From Planctomycetota bacterium (GTDB taxonomy: Bacteria > Planctomycetota > PLA2 > JAEUHO01): 64,000 nt of DNA. Position 1 is the stretch's first letter, and every line of letters begins with the position of its first letter. This document shows, in pieces, positions 10,060-20,948 of the stretch. Under the pieces are notes generated by a model. That model searched no databases and was not told the origin of the DNA. It saw only the letters and a program-made list of their open reading frames with translations. Both the position numbers and the translations under genes were made by a program. The stretch spans positions 224,001 to 288,000 of the forward strand of contig CBDCTJ010000007.1 in the NCBI GenBank assembly GCA_965222115.1. The letters run 5' to 3'.

Positions 10060-12650
10060 GACGTCGCAGGCTCCTCGCTTGCCAACTCAAGCCGTTGGAG
10101 ACGACGCTCGAGGTCGGCGTTGCGCTCTCGCATGGCGGCCAGCTCCTTGTTGAGTTCCTTGAGTTCGCCGGACGCACCCTTGGCTTTCTTCAGACGTCCA
10201 ATCGCGGCGCGTGCGGCGCGTGGGACGCGACCGTCCGGATGGTGCATGGGCGCACCAGCGAGAATGGCAATCGCGCGCGGATCCCCGATGCCACGCAGCG
10301 CCGCAATCGCAGCCGCCACAATGCGGAAGTCGCTCTCGCTCGCAAGATCGGAGAGCACATCAAAGACCCCGTCGCGACGTTCCATGCGACGTGCAATTTG
10401 AGGCAGCGCACGTATCGCCGCCGAACGTAGGCGCGGCGGTTTGCCGTAAGCCGTGGCCCCTATCACGATGGGCAACACGGATTCATCTGCAAGTGCTGCC
10501 AATCCATCCACGCAGCCCATACGAATCGTCTCGGCCCAACTGTCGCGCTCCGCGAGCGCCTTCTCCAAGACGGCCTTGGCGCGCGGACTGCGTGTCTTGC
10601 CCAGCGATCGCGCTGCGGATGCCTCAACAAAGATTGACGGATCGCCCGTCGCAAGGAGATCGATCAACGCGGTTGCCGCAACCTCGTCGCCACGGTAGCG
10701 CCCAAGGGCTGTTGCCGCGGCGCGGCGAACCTTGGGATGTTCATGACCAAGCGCACCGATCAAGATGTCGCGCGCATCGTGATGACGCATACGACCCAAG
10801 GCCACGGCACATTGACCCGCAAGCCCCCAGAAGGTGTCACGCATCGCAGCCTGAAGCGCGTCCATGCTCTCGCGCGTAACGTCCTTTGCCAAAGCGCGCC
10901 CAGCACGAATGCGACTTCGAATGCCTTCGTCGCTCGCCAGCAGCGCGCGTTGGGCCGCGGGAGACTGATCCACCGTTACGGTGCCAAGGATGTCACCGTT
11001 TGGATCGAATGAGATCCAAATAGGCGCCTTCTCGACGCGAAACACAAACGACTGATCTCGATCGGCGATGCGAATGTCGCGCGACTCCACAGTGCCGTCG
11101 GCATGCCCCACACGAAGCGTGGTGCTCAAGCGGAATGCATCCATGGTGCCTTCCACCGCACGATGCGTCTGTTTCACACGCACATGCAATACGTTCTCGT
11201 CGTCGTGGTGTGTCCACGACACCTTGAGCTCGGGATGGCCCGCATGAAAGACCCACTGGTCGAAGAACCAATCCACATCGCGGCCCGTTGCGAGTTCGAT
11301 GGAACGACGCAAGTCCTCGGTGACCACCGAGCGTCCGCGATTCTCGGTCGCATACGTTTGGATCGCACGGAAGAAGGAGTCATCGCCAAGTTCCCGGCGC
11401 AGCATATGGAGCACAAGCCCGCCCTTCTCGTACAAGTGGCGATCAAAGAGATCAATCGGCTCGTCGTAACGGCGATCCACAATGGCGCGGCGGTATTCAC
11501 CGCCATCTTCGCGCTTGTAGGACTCAAGCTTTGTCAAACGTTCGTATGCCGCCTCGTCGTCGCCAAGGGCGTGCTCTTTCCACAACACTTCTGACCACGT
11601 TGCGAACCCCTCGTTGAGCCACGCATGGCTCCATTCCCGGCACGTGAGCAGGTCCCCCCACCACTGATGGGCAAGCTCGTGGGCAATCAAGGCATCCATA
11701 TTGTAGTCGAGTTCGGTACGCTCATCGAAGAGCACAATGTCGATCAACGTGGTGGCCGTCGTATTTTCCATGCCACCGAAGATGAAGTCTTCCACAACCA
11801 CTTGTGCGTACTTTTCGTACGGATAGCGAACACCGAACTTCTCTTCGAATACATCCATCATGGCGGCGGTGCGCTCAAAACATCGCTTGGCGTCGTCCGC
11901 TCGACCTTGGGGCACATACACCGTGAGGGGTGCATCGCCCGCGCGCAGCATCACTTCATCAAACTCGCCGACGGCCACCATCACGAGGTAGGCGCTGTGC
12001 GCGATCCGCTGTTTCCAGTGCCACGTCACCGATTCGTCGTCGTGTGGCGTTTTAGAAAGCAACTGCCCATTGCTAATGGCGGTGAAGCCCTTTGGAACGC
12101 GAATCTTTGCTTGGGTTGATGCCTTCTCACACGGGTGGTCAAAACATGGAAACCAAAAGCGGCTGTCTTCGTCCTGTCCCTGTGTCCACGCTTGATACGG
12201 CTTCTGCGGATAGGCCTCGTCCGGCTGCACAAAGTACATTCCGCGCCGCGGCGTGCCGTGGTATGCAACGGTTACGTGAGTCTCGTCGCCAATGGACAGG
12301 GGCGTCGGCAACTGAATCGTGAGGTCCATGCCCTCGTGCTGAAACGAAAGCGCATTTCCATCGCTACCCGTCACACCGTCGATCACAAGCTCGCCCGCGT
12401 GCAACTTGACCTTGCTCACCCCTTTGGTGAGCGCCGCCACGGTATGCGTGACCGATCCCGAAATGTGTACTTCACGTGGATCAATTGTAATGTCCAGCGC
12501 ACTGTGACGAATGTCCACTTGCCGATCGGGTGCATAGCGGCGCTTCGTACCGGGAAACGCAAACGGTTCGCGTGCTCCCATGCCCAATCCGTGGGAGCGG
12601 CGTCCGCATCCCAAGCCATGGTGGCTGCCCGATGTGCCCAGATACGACAT
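10056..12650 (-). CDS. M1-family aminopeptidase with C-terminal HEAT repeats and coiled coil
   Basis: GGMEN, HELAHQWWG...WLNEG zinc motif, YEKGG; HEAT-like repeats (VRRAAATALG). Confidence 0.93.
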   Translation of the reverse strand: MSYLGTSGSHHGLGCGRRSHGLGMGAREPFAFPGTKRRYAPDRQVDIRHSALDITIDPREVHISGSVTHTVAALTKGVSKVKLHAGELVIDGVTGSDGNALSFQHEGMDLTIQLPTPLSIGDETHVTVAYHGTPRRGMYFVQPDEAYPQKPYQAWTQGQDEDSRFWFPCFDHPCEKASTQAKIRVPKGFTAISNGQLLSKTPHDDESVTWHWKQRIAHSAYLVMVAVGEFDEVMLRAGDAPLTVYVPQGRADDAKRCFERTAAMMDVFEEKFGVRYPYEKYAQVVVEDFIFGGMENTTATTLIDIVLFDERTELDYNMDALIAHELAHQWWGDLLTCREWSHAWLNEGFATWSEVLWKEHALGDDEAAYERLTKLESYKREDGGEYRRAIVDRRYDEPIDLFDRHLYEKGGLVLHMLRRELGDDSFFRAIQTYATENRGRSVVTEDLRRSIELATGRDVDWFFDQWVFHAGHPELKVSWTHHDDENVLHVRVKQTHRAVEGTMDAFRLSTTLRVGHADGTVESRDIRIADRDQSFVFRVEKAPIWISFDPNGDILGTVTVDQSPAAQRALLASDEGIRSRIRAGRALAKDVTRESMDALQAAMRDTFWGLAGQCAVALGRMRHHDARDILIGALGHEHPKVRRAAATALGRYRGDEVAATALIDLLATGDPSIFVEASAARSLGKTRSPRAKAVLEKALAERDSWAETIRMGCVDGLAALADESVLPIVIGATAYGKPPRLRSAAIRALPQIARRMERRDGVFDVLSDLASESDFRIVAAAIAALRGIGDPRAIAILAGAPMHHPDGRVPRAARAAIGRLKKAKGASGELKELNKELAAMRERNADLERRLQRLELASEEPATS

Positions 12651-12711
12651 CGTGTTTCTCCAAGCTACTGTTCCGAGTTAGGACGCGAACCGAAGCCGTG
12701 CCGATTCTGTA

Positions 12712-13593
12712 TTAGTCGCCGTGATCGTGTCCTTTGTGGTCGTGGCCCTTGTGGTCGTGTCCGTGACCGTGCCCGCCATGACCATGACCATGACCACCGT
12801 GACTATGCCCGTGCCCATGACTATGCCCGTGCGCATGCTCCTCGTAGAGGCTCACGCCCGCCATCAAGGCAATGCCCAATGCCAGGGCAATGACCGTTCC
12901 TACCATCCGCTTGCCGCGTGCGTGCTTGCGCATCTCGGGAACCAAGTCGGCGCAGGCAATGTAGAGAAAGCCGCCCGCGGCCACTGGCACAAGTATGTGC
13001 TGCAAGCCGAAGTCGTTATGCGTGATCAGCACAAGTAAGGCACCTAGCACGGCCACCAATCCACACAGCAGATTGAAGAACAGCGCGCGTTTGGCAGAAA
13101 ACCCAGCGTGCATCAACACGCCGAGGTCACCAAACTCCTGCGGAATCTCGTGCAAGAGAACGGCCAACGTGGTGGCCATGCCCGCCTCTTCGCTAATGAG
13201 CCATGTACCAGCGATCAACATGCCGTCAATGAAGTTATGGAGCGCGTCGCCGATCAGATTCATCCAACCCACGCTATGAACGCCGCCGGGACCGTGATCG
13301 TGGAGGTCTTCGCCGTGGTGATGCCAATGCAGGACGCCTTCGATCAAGAAGAAGCCCACCAATCCGCCGAGCACACCCCACGCAATGGTGTTCGTAAACC
13401 CTCCTGCATCGGCAACCGAGTGCGGCAGGAGATGGAGGAAGGTGTCGCCGATGAGTGCCCCGGCTGCCAGTGCGACCAACAGGTGCAACTTGGTCTTGAT
13501 GGCATTGCCGCGCACAAGCAGCACGGCGCCGATGAGGCTGATGAGCGAAACCGCAATTACGGCGGCCAGAATGGGGAGTGATTCCTTAGGCAT
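12712..13593 (-). CDS. ZIP-family divalent metal transporter with His-rich tail
   Basis: FLHLLPH, GDALHNFIDG, LHEIPQEFGD; long His/Gly C-terminus. Confidence 0.92.
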   Translation of the reverse strand: MPKESLPILAAVIAVSLISLIGAVLLVRGNAIKTKLHLLVALAAGALIGDTFLHLLPHSVADAGGFTNTIAWGVLGGLVGFFLIEGVLHWHHHGEDLHDHGPGGVHSVGWMNLIGDALHNFIDGMLIAGTWLISEEAGMATTLAVLLHEIPQEFGDLGVLMHAGFSAKRALFFNLLCGLVAVLGALLVLITHNDFGLQHILVPVAAGGFLYIACADLVPEMRKHARGKRMVGTVIALALGIALMAGVSLYEEHAHGHSHGHGHSHGGHGHGHGGHGHGHDHKGHDHKGHDHGD

Positions 13594-13652
13594 AAGCGCG
13601 AAACGGTACCTGCACGGCACGCGCGGGAAGCACGAAAGTCGCAGCGTGTTGG

Positions 13653-14159
13653 TTACTGCTTCGTATGGCTATCGTCCGATACAGGCCCGCGGCGTACAGC
13701 AATCAAGTGAGGCAACGCGGGCGCAATCCAGCCAAAACACTCAACCGCGCCGCTTGGACGTCCAGGCAGATTTACGACTATGGCTCGCCCGCATGCGCCT
13801 GCGAGTGCCCGGCTCCCCATGGCATGCACTGTTTTCGCAAGACTCTTGCGCCGCATCTCTTCCGCAAGACCGGGGATATCGAAGTCGATCACGTCGCGCG
13901 TGGCCTCGGGCGTTACGTCGCGTTCCGCGAGCCCCGTGCCACCGGTCGTCAACACCAAGGGCACCTCGGAAGCCCGCCGACGAATAGTCTCGGCAATCTG
14001 CGCACGATCATCGGCAACCACATCGACGTGTTTGAGGTCAAACGGCGTATCGACAAGTGAAGCGCGTAGCAACGCCTCGGTTTCATCGGCGCGCTCACCC
14101 CGCGCGGCGCGGTCACTTACGACGAGCAAGGCAACAGCTAGCGACGTTCGTTGCGTCAT
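13653..14159 (-). CDS. MogA/MoaB molybdenum cofactor biosynthesis protein
   Basis: VVSDR, TTGGTGLAERDVTPEA, SRALAG, NLPG. Confidence 0.92.
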   Translation of the reverse strand: MTQRTSLAVALLVVSDRAARGERADETEALLRASLVDTPFDLKHVDVVADDRAQIAETIRRRASEVPLVLTTGGTGLAERDVTPEATRDVIDFDIPGLAEEMRRKSLAKTVHAMGSRALAGACGRAIVVNLPGRPSGAVECFGWIAPALPHLIAVRRGPVSDDSHTKQ

Positions 14160-15355
14160 GGGGTCGTCCTCGTCGTGCCAAGTGCATCTTCAACGAACGA
14201 AAGCTCGCGCGCCAGGGCTTCTACGAGTGACGAATCGCTGCCAGCTTCATCGTCATCGGGTAGCACGTCCCAGGTGTAGGTCTCAACTTCGATGTGGGAC
14301 ACGCCTCCGTGTTCGCGCACCCAGGCCAGCGCGTCCAATAAGGGCTCGCGCGTCGTATGCAGTAGGCCGCTCATGCGCTCGCGATACACCGGTACGTGAA
14401 AATGCACGCGCCACAACGCAGGCAAGTCCTGTCGTGCGAGCGCAAGCGGCAAGTCCTCAATCACTTCAAGCAATCCTGAGTCATGCCGCACGCCAACCTG
14501 ATGCAGGTAGACGGGCTCGTCAAATAGCTCAAGCGCGTGACGAACATCGTTGTCATCCGAAGCGCGGACTTCAAGGGCCGACGACGCCTGCAACTTCACA
14601 ATGGCAATGTCCGCATCGACGAGGGCTGAAAGACTTGACGGAATGTCTTCATGCACCACGGCCTGATGGCACACGTCAAAGCACACGCCGAGGTAGGTGC
14701 GCAACGTGCTGGCATTCGATCCGGTAGCGTCGAGGGCCTGCGTGAGGGGACCCTGAAAGAACGCTATCAGCTCATCCGTGGTCTGAAGCGCGCATCCCGG
14801 CTCGGGTTCAATGCCCAAGCGCACGCGGATACCGGTTTCATCCTCAAGCAGAGCCAACGTGCGCGCCACATCCACGAGATGCCGCGCCCATGCGCGTTCT
14901 GAACGCTCCTCGGTGGGCCATGCGCGCCAATGCCCCGGCGACGTTGAGAGCGAGAGTTCATCGCCCGGCAATACGTTTAGACGCGTCATGGCACGGGCAA
15001 AGGCGTTGGTGTAGGCAACGCGTTCGGGTCGCGCCCAGCCGGGTCGATACACGGCGTCTTTTAGCGGTTGACCATGAAACGCGCCGTAGACGAACGCATT
15101 GCCCGTAAACACATGCAGCCGCGCGTCGCGAAGCAGCGCCTGAAGTTCCTCGTCGCCCGACTCGTCGTCAACGCCGGGCGCGCTCAAACGAATGGCAAGT
15201 CCAAAGGCGTCATCGCGACGCAGGCCAAGTCGCTCCTTCAGGGGTAACACCGCGTGCCCAATTGCGTGCGACGTCGCTACGCGTGTGCCGCCCGGATGAA
15301 CATTCATCCCGTACGAGAGCCACAAGGGCGAGCCGTGTGCATCCAACAAGCGCAT
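14156..15355 (-). CDS. eboE: Metabolite traffic protein EboE (xylose-isomerase-like TIM barrel)
   Basis: YGMNVHPG, YGAFH...KDAVYRPGW, IEPEPGC, CFDVCHQAV, YLHQV, WRVHFHVP, EVETYTWDVLP. Confidence 0.9.
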   Translation of the reverse strand: MRLLDAHGSPLWLSYGMNVHPGGTRVATSHAIGHAVLPLKERLGLRRDDAFGLAIRLSAPGVDDESGDEELQALLRDARLHVFTGNAFVYGAFHGQPLKDAVYRPGWARPERVAYTNAFARAMTRLNVLPGDELSLSTSPGHWRAWPTEERSERAWARHLVDVARTLALLEDETGIRVRLGIEPEPGCALQTTDELIAFFQGPLTQALDATGSNASTLRTYLGVCFDVCHQAVVHEDIPSSLSALVDADIAIVKLQASSALEVRASDDNDVRHALELFDEPVYLHQVGVRHDSGLLEVIEDLPLALARQDLPALWRVHFHVPVYRERMSGLLHTTREPLLDALAWVREHGGVSHIEVETYTWDVLPDDDEAGSDSSLVEALARELSFVEDALGTTRTTP

Positions 15356-15415
15356 GCGCGCACCCTACCAAGACCCCTGCGTGAGTATCGGGCGGGGCAT
15401 TGTGTTGTGCGGACG

Positions 15416-18226
15416 TTATCCGGCGCGAACCGTCTCGGGGCGGGGATCGCTTTGCCACTGGGCGCGCATCATGCGAAAGCGTTCGCTCGCGCCTGTCGTG
15501 GCAGCTGCCATGGCCGCCATGCGTCGCTTGGCCTTGGAACGGTGCCCCACACTTCGACCAAGCTCCCCCACGTGGGCAAAGACAACAGAAAGCATGCGAT
15601 GAATGCGCGAATCGTCGGCGCGACTTCGATGCGTCACTTCGAGCAACGCGCTACCGGCCTTGGCCGCATTGCGCGCCTCTTCGTCACGCCCACTTAAGCA
15701 GCACGCCTCCGCCAGGTAGGCATAGGCCCCCGCACGGACGTCGGCCGGAAGCGACATATCGCGCCCAATCTCGGCGAAGAGTTCGCGGGCACGTGATTCC
15801 AATCCACTTGCCAACGCCAACCGTGCCGCTGCAAGTCGTGAGAGCGGTGCGTGGACGTCACTACGAAGTACGGCCTCGGCACGCCGACGATCGCCAGCGC
15901 GTAAGAAGGAGTCAAAGAGCGCGAGTTGTGCCGCATTGGCTTCCCGCAACAAGCCCGCTGCGCGCAAGTCACGTTCACTGCGTTCCAGAAGAGGTTCCGC
16001 ACCGGGGCTGCCCGCACGCAAGTCGGCCTCCGCGAGAATCGCTGCCGCGCGAACGCGAGCCATCGCTCCGTTGGCGCCCTCGGCCGCCAAGGCAGCAAAG
16101 TGCCGTTCTTGCCCTAAATCACCGCGACCGCGATGCGCCAAGGCCAACGCCAATTGAATCTCAACCAACAAATCACGAAGATCGGCCTGCACGGCAACAT
16201 CGGCCGCGCGCTCCAAGTGCTCGACGGCGCTGTCATACGACGCACAACGTGCGTGGGTCTGGCCCATGATGTAACGCGAGCCCGCTTCGCCGCGCGAGTC
16301 TTGGAGCAGACGATAGAGTTGTGCCGCTCGCGCAAGTGCGTCAAGACCCCCGTGGAGCTTTCCACGACGAACTTCTTGCACGCCCCAGCGCTCGTGAACA
16401 TCAGCGGCGGCGGCAAGATCGCCTTGCGTAAGCAACAACGAGCTGGCACGACGAAGGTGTGCCACGGAACATCCGGTACGGGCATCGGAAGTGGCACAGG
16501 CGGCGAGCGACGTATGCCAACGCGCAAGTGCGTAAAGATCGTCGTCAGCAATCACGCGCCGCGCCACACGCCATGCTTCCCGCGCACCCTCCACGTCATT
16601 GACATCGAACCGCAAGTCGGCGAGCAGCGCGAGCGCTTCAAACGCATGTGCGTCGGGGCCTTCAACGTGATATTCGGAGAGACGCTGCTGCAACATGGCG
16701 CGCGCGTGCCCCTGCTTGGACTGCTCACAGAGCAGGAGCCCTTTGAGGTACCAGAGCCCGGCGCCAATATTTTGTGCGCGCACGGCAGTCAGCGTAGCTA
16801 CCTGAGACGCGTCTGCATGACGCTCGGCGCGTCGCAGGAATCGAACGATGTTGATCAGCAAGTGGGTCGGCTGCGGTGTGGACTGCGCAAGCGTGATACC
16901 CGCGGTCACAATCACATCGAGGCACCAAGCGGGATAATCCCAGGGATCGGAAAACGCGTCGAGGGCATGTTGCGTGGCCACATGGAGTAGTGTCTCGTCG
17001 TCTCCAAGTACGGCGGCGTGGACGCGTTCGACGTACGAGCGGATGCCCTGACTTGGCGTCGGGTCAATCTGTCGCCAGGCATTGCAGTAACGGGAAACCG
17101 CACGCCCCATCGCTTCGGACGTAAGACCCTGGCGGTACGACTCGCGCGAGGCGCGGCTCGCGAAGATGCGGTCAAGTACGCGACCGCCGCGCGCCGCGGT
17201 GGCCTCCTCGAGAAGCTGCGTCACAAAGGACTGTTTCACGCCCGCGGCCTCGGCCAATACGCGCACGTCATCCGGACCGGCCATTAAGCAGGCCACGTTG
17301 AGCACCGCGGCAACCGGCCCACCACTGATGCGCGCCCACGTGGCGTAGTCGCCTTCGGACGTCGTGGGCACATGTAGATCGGAAGGCATGGTGTGCAGCG
17401 TTACGTGATGCCCGTCGCGCACAAGGTGACCGCTGCGGCCAAGTGCTCGCACGCTTTCAACAATGGCACCGGCGCGTCCCCCACAACCATGCGTCAGGGG
17501 ACGGGCAAGCCGCTTGGCCGTGTCGGCGTCGCGTAGCCAACGCTTCAACATGAGTTCGACTTGCGCGACCGAAAGCGCATCGATGTGAATCACTTCACCA
17601 TCGAGCGGCTCCGCCATGCTGTTTACACTGATCAATATTCGAATGGCGTCACTGGGTTCGCTCGGTTCACTAAGGAAGAACGCACGCGACGCCGGAGGAA
17701 GAAGGTCAAAGTCATCGATGATGATGGGATTCCCACCTGCCACGCGTGCGAGCAAACGTCGGAGTCGCGGAATCGACGGCCGCATATAGTGGCACTCCGA
17801 TTCGCTGCCCATCAGCCAGAGCGACATGGCCGTCACTTCCAAATCGGATTTGGAGATGGATGTGCGTAGGGCCCGTTCAATCTCTGAACGTGTACACTGA
17901 TCAAACACCCGTCGAAGCGCTCGACGAATGGGTTCGTATTCATCTTCACTGGGATCGCTACACGGCACAACCCACATAGGCTGCGGGGCGGGCTGCGCCT
18001 GAATGGCGAGCGCCACTTCGTGAAGCAGGCGCGTGCGTCCCGATATGCTGGCCCCACGCACCACGATTCGCCGTGGGCCACTACGACCCATTTGCAGGAG
18101 CGCGCGTATGGCATGCAGCGCGGGCTCACGTCCCGTTAACGGAACGTTCTTGCGATACGGTAGCCAAATGGGGTCAGCGGGACCTTTCACCGGGCTTCTA
18201 TCGACCGCGTGTGCCCCTCGACCCAA
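15416..18226 (-). CDS. AAA/STAND-like NTPase (degenerate P-loop) with TPR repeats
   Basis: LTGRE, GASISGRT (Walker A variant), IIIDD (Walker B); helical TPR-like C-terminal half. Confidence 0.7.
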   Translation of the reverse strand: MGRGAHAVDRSPVKGPADPIWLPYRKNVPLTGREPALHAIRALLQMGRSGPRRIVVRGASISGRTRLLHEVALAIQAQPAPQPMWVVPCSDPSEDEYEPIRRALRRVFDQCTRSEIERALRTSISKSDLEVTAMSLWLMGSESECHYMRPSIPRLRRLLARVAGGNPIIIDDFDLLPPASRAFFLSEPSEPSDAIRILISVNSMAEPLDGEVIHIDALSVAQVELMLKRWLRDADTAKRLARPLTHGCGGRAGAIVESVRALGRSGHLVRDGHHVTLHTMPSDLHVPTTSEGDYATWARISGGPVAAVLNVACLMAGPDDVRVLAEAAGVKQSFVTQLLEEATAARGGRVLDRIFASRASRESYRQGLTSEAMGRAVSRYCNAWRQIDPTPSQGIRSYVERVHAAVLGDDETLLHVATQHALDAFSDPWDYPAWCLDVIVTAGITLAQSTPQPTHLLINIVRFLRRAERHADASQVATLTAVRAQNIGAGLWYLKGLLLCEQSKQGHARAMLQQRLSEYHVEGPDAHAFEALALLADLRFDVNDVEGAREAWRVARRVIADDDLYALARWHTSLAACATSDARTGCSVAHLRRASSLLLTQGDLAAAADVHERWGVQEVRRGKLHGGLDALARAAQLYRLLQDSRGEAGSRYIMGQTHARCASYDSAVEHLERAADVAVQADLRDLLVEIQLALALAHRGRGDLGQERHFAALAAEGANGAMARVRAAAILAEADLRAGSPGAEPLLERSERDLRAAGLLREANAAQLALFDSFLRAGDRRRAEAVLRSDVHAPLSRLAAARLALASGLESRARELFAEIGRDMSLPADVRAGAYAYLAEACCLSGRDEEARNAAKAGSALLEVTHRSRADDSRIHRMLSVVFAHVGELGRSVGHRSKAKRRMAAMAAATTGASERFRMMRAQWQSDPRPETVRAG

Positions 18227-18350
18227 CCCTCGAGGTAGAAATCAAATTCGTCGTTGTGGCTGGTTCGACGTGCTTCGCGGCGACTCGGCCGGATTGCCAC
18301 GCGCCCGGCTTCTATTTGTTCACTTTCTTAGACACACTCACGCATTTGAC

Positions 18351-19613
18351 TTACGCCGTTGGCACGCGGGGACCTGCTCCATGCCCTGCTCCATGAAAGT
18401 GAGGCCCGCGAACAACTACGTGTGGCGATACGCGTGTCATGACGCGCGCAGCGATGGCGTCGGCCGCGCCGGGTCGCCCGAACGCTTTGGCCGCATGCGC
18501 AGCACGCGCAAGACGCGCGGGTTCGCCGAGCAACGCACTTACGCGTAGCCGCACGTCTTCGGCAGTCAGTGCGCGAAATCCAGCGCCCGCTTCAACGACG
18601 GCATCTGCGTTGCGTTCTTCCTGTCCGGGTATGGAACCCGATATGAGAAGCGGTTTCCCCATGGCCATGCACTCGGAAACCGTCACACCGCCACTCTTGC
18701 CGATGACGAGATCTGCCGTCGCCATCCACGATGCGACGTCGTCAACAAACCCCAGCACACGCAATGTGGCGCCGCTGGGACGCGCCAAACGAGCTACGCG
18801 CCGCCGCATTCGCTCGTTGCGCCCACAGATGGCCACCACTTGGATGTCACGGCGGTCCAGCCACATCCCATGAATGGCGCGCTCCGTATCGCCGGCGGCA
18901 AACCCGGCCGATAGAAATAACACGACCGGCGAATCGGGACGCAAGCCGTGCATCGCGCGCGCATCGTGCATCGACGGCGCCTCTACGAACTGACGACGAA
19001 CGGGTATGCCGGTTGCTTCTATGTGGGCGGGGGGCACGGCGAAGCGCAGCGTGAGGCGCGACCCAATGATTGGAGTAGGTACGAAGTAGCGAGAGACGGA
19101 CGGCCAGTACCAGATGCGATGTGAGTCGTGATCGGTGACGACCACCTCCAGTTGGGTTTGCAGACGACCACGCGCAATCGCGGGCGAGAGAATCTCGGGG
19201 CCCAAAAAATGCGTACACACGACGGCATCGGGACTCGCCTCCTGACAGGCGCGCAAAAACGTCGCGCCGCAGAGTCGCGTCAACCCGTGGGTCAACGCGG
19301 AGCCGCGCTTGTCGCTGGCTTCATAGAGCGCGCGCCACACCGCCGGCATTCGATCCACAAGTTTGAGGTAGCCACTTCGATAGATGCGACCGTAGCCCGC
19401 ACGCATCATTCGAACCGCATCGATGTGCTCGACGTGGGGACGCAAGGGGTGACGCTGAAAGGCATCCGTCAATGCGACGCCGGCCATGGTGTGTCCATTG
19501 CCCGCCGACCCGCTTACCACCCAAATGCGTTTGCGGTCGGGGACCGTGACGTTAGAGGCAGCAACTCGGGGGGCACTGGCATTGGAGGCGTCGCGGGCGT
19601 TGGCGTCGGTCAC
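18351..19613 (-). CDS. MGDG synthase/UgtP-family glycosyltransferase
   Basis: SAGNGH, VCTHF, VVTD, TGIPVR, KSGGVTVSE, IPGQEERNA. Confidence 0.9.
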   Translation of the reverse strand: MTDANARDASNASAPRVAASNVTVPDRKRIWVVSGSAGNGHTMAGVALTDAFQRHPLRPHVEHIDAVRMMRAGYGRIYRSGYLKLVDRMPAVWRALYEASDKRGSALTHGLTRLCGATFLRACQEASPDAVVCTHFLGPEILSPAIARGRLQTQLEVVVTDHDSHRIWYWPSVSRYFVPTPIIGSRLTLRFAVPPAHIEATGIPVRRQFVEAPSMHDARAMHGLRPDSPVVLFLSAGFAAGDTERAIHGMWLDRRDIQVVAICGRNERMRRRVARLARPSGATLRVLGFVDDVASWMATADLVIGKSGGVTVSECMAMGKPLLISGSIPGQEERNADAVVEAGAGFRALTAEDVRLRVSALLGEPARLARAAHAAKAFGRPGAADAIAARVMTRVSPHVVVRGPHFHGAGHGAGPRVPTA

Positions 19614-19764
19614 AGACTAGATTCCCAAATCACAGGCGGGCGGGGCTATCGTACCGTGCACACGCGGCTTCGCGCCGGTGCGGTCGTGTACATTCGCAAG
19701 ACCACGAGTGAACTATTCAAGCCATTGGCGGCGTTGTTTCCAACGCCCACCACGAAAAGGTCGT

Positions 19765-20844
19765 ATGAGTCGAGCGTATCGAGATCCGGGGCAACCACCG
19801 GCATGGATGAATGCGCTGCGTTGGCTCAATGCCTCGTTTCGCTTGGGTCGGTTCTTTTCGGTCGAGGTGCTCATCTACTGGGTGGCGGCACTGCTGTTGC
19901 CGCTCATCTTCTGGCTTGAGTATGGTCGCGTAGGCTTCGAAGGCAGCGAGCTTGCGTATGTAACGCTCTCAAGCACGCTTTGGCTGCTGTTTGTCGTATG
20001 GGTGCATGAAATGGGACACATTCTGGCGGCGCGCCGGTTTGGCGTGCATACGTCCCATATTTCACTGAGCCCTCTTGGTGGTTTGGCGCACCTCAATACA
20101 CCGGCACCCAACGCACGCGCGGACATCAAGATTTCGCTCGCCGGGCCCTTGGTCCATGTGCCTTGGATGCTCATTGCGTGGGCGGGTCGCGAGTGGATCC
20201 CCCACGACGTTCTGCGACCCGATGGCTGGGCGTTCGGACCGCTTCAATTCAGCGCACACTATTTGTTTTCACTCAATCTCGCCCTGTTCCTCTTCAATCT
20301 GCTCCCGTTCTTTCCCCTGGATGGCGGGCGCGTGTTTCGCGCGTGGCTCTCCCTGCGCACCCATCCCAATCGCGCCACATTGATTGCGTGCCGCGTCGGT
20401 AAGGTCGGTGCACTCCTGATTGGCCTTGTTGGCTTGCTCAGCATGTTTGGACTGTTTGGCGACTCATGGTGGGGCGTCATTCTGGTGATCCTCGGTATCA
20501 GCGGATATCTCACGTGTCGCCGCGAGATGATTGCGGCACGTTATGGCCACGGTCCCTTCGGTGCCGAGAGGCGTGAGGCGTGGCAGCGTGATCCCGATGC
20601 GTGGAAGGGGAGCGGCGCATCCGCAACTAGCTCCCTTGACACCAAGCCCCGTGTCACCAAATCCCGTGTCACCAGGCGCAAGGCGCGCGAGGTGGAACGG
20701 AAGGCGGAACAACGTGAGGCATTGCGCGCAGAAGTTGACGCCCTGCTTGACAAGGTGAGCCGCGTCGGCATGTCGGGACTCACCCCCCGCGAACGAAAAC
20801 AACTCAAGCACGCGTCGAAGAAACTTGCGAGCGACGAGACGTAG
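19765..20844 (+). CDS. M50 site-2 protease with C-terminal DUF6576-like tail
   Basis: HEMGH, ISLAGP, FNLLPFFPLDGGR; tail EVDALLDKVSRVGMSGLTPRERKQL. Confidence 0.9.
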   Translation: MSRAYRDPGQPPAWMNALRWLNASFRLGRFFSVEVLIYWVAALLLPLIFWLEYGRVGFEGSELAYVTLSSTLWLLFVVWVHEMGHILAARRFGVHTSHISLSPLGGLAHLNTPAPNARADIKISLAGPLVHVPWMLIAWAGREWIPHDVLRPDGWAFGPLQFSAHYLFSLNLALFLFNLLPFFPLDGGRVFRAWLSLRTHPNRATLIACRVGKVGALLIGLVGLLSMFGLFGDSWWGVILVILGISGYLTCRREMIAARYGHGPFGAERREAWQRDPDAWKGSGASATSSLDTKPRVTKSRVTRRKAREVERKAEQREALRAEVDALLDKVSRVGMSGLTPRERKQLKHASKKLASDET

Positions 20845-20948
20845 GCACCGACACGTGATTGGGTGGCGCGGGGGTTCGGCCGCGAATCGAGGCGACCCAC
20901 CCGATGATGCTTCGCTCCCCTCGCTGCTGGCAGTACCCTTCTTCGCTC

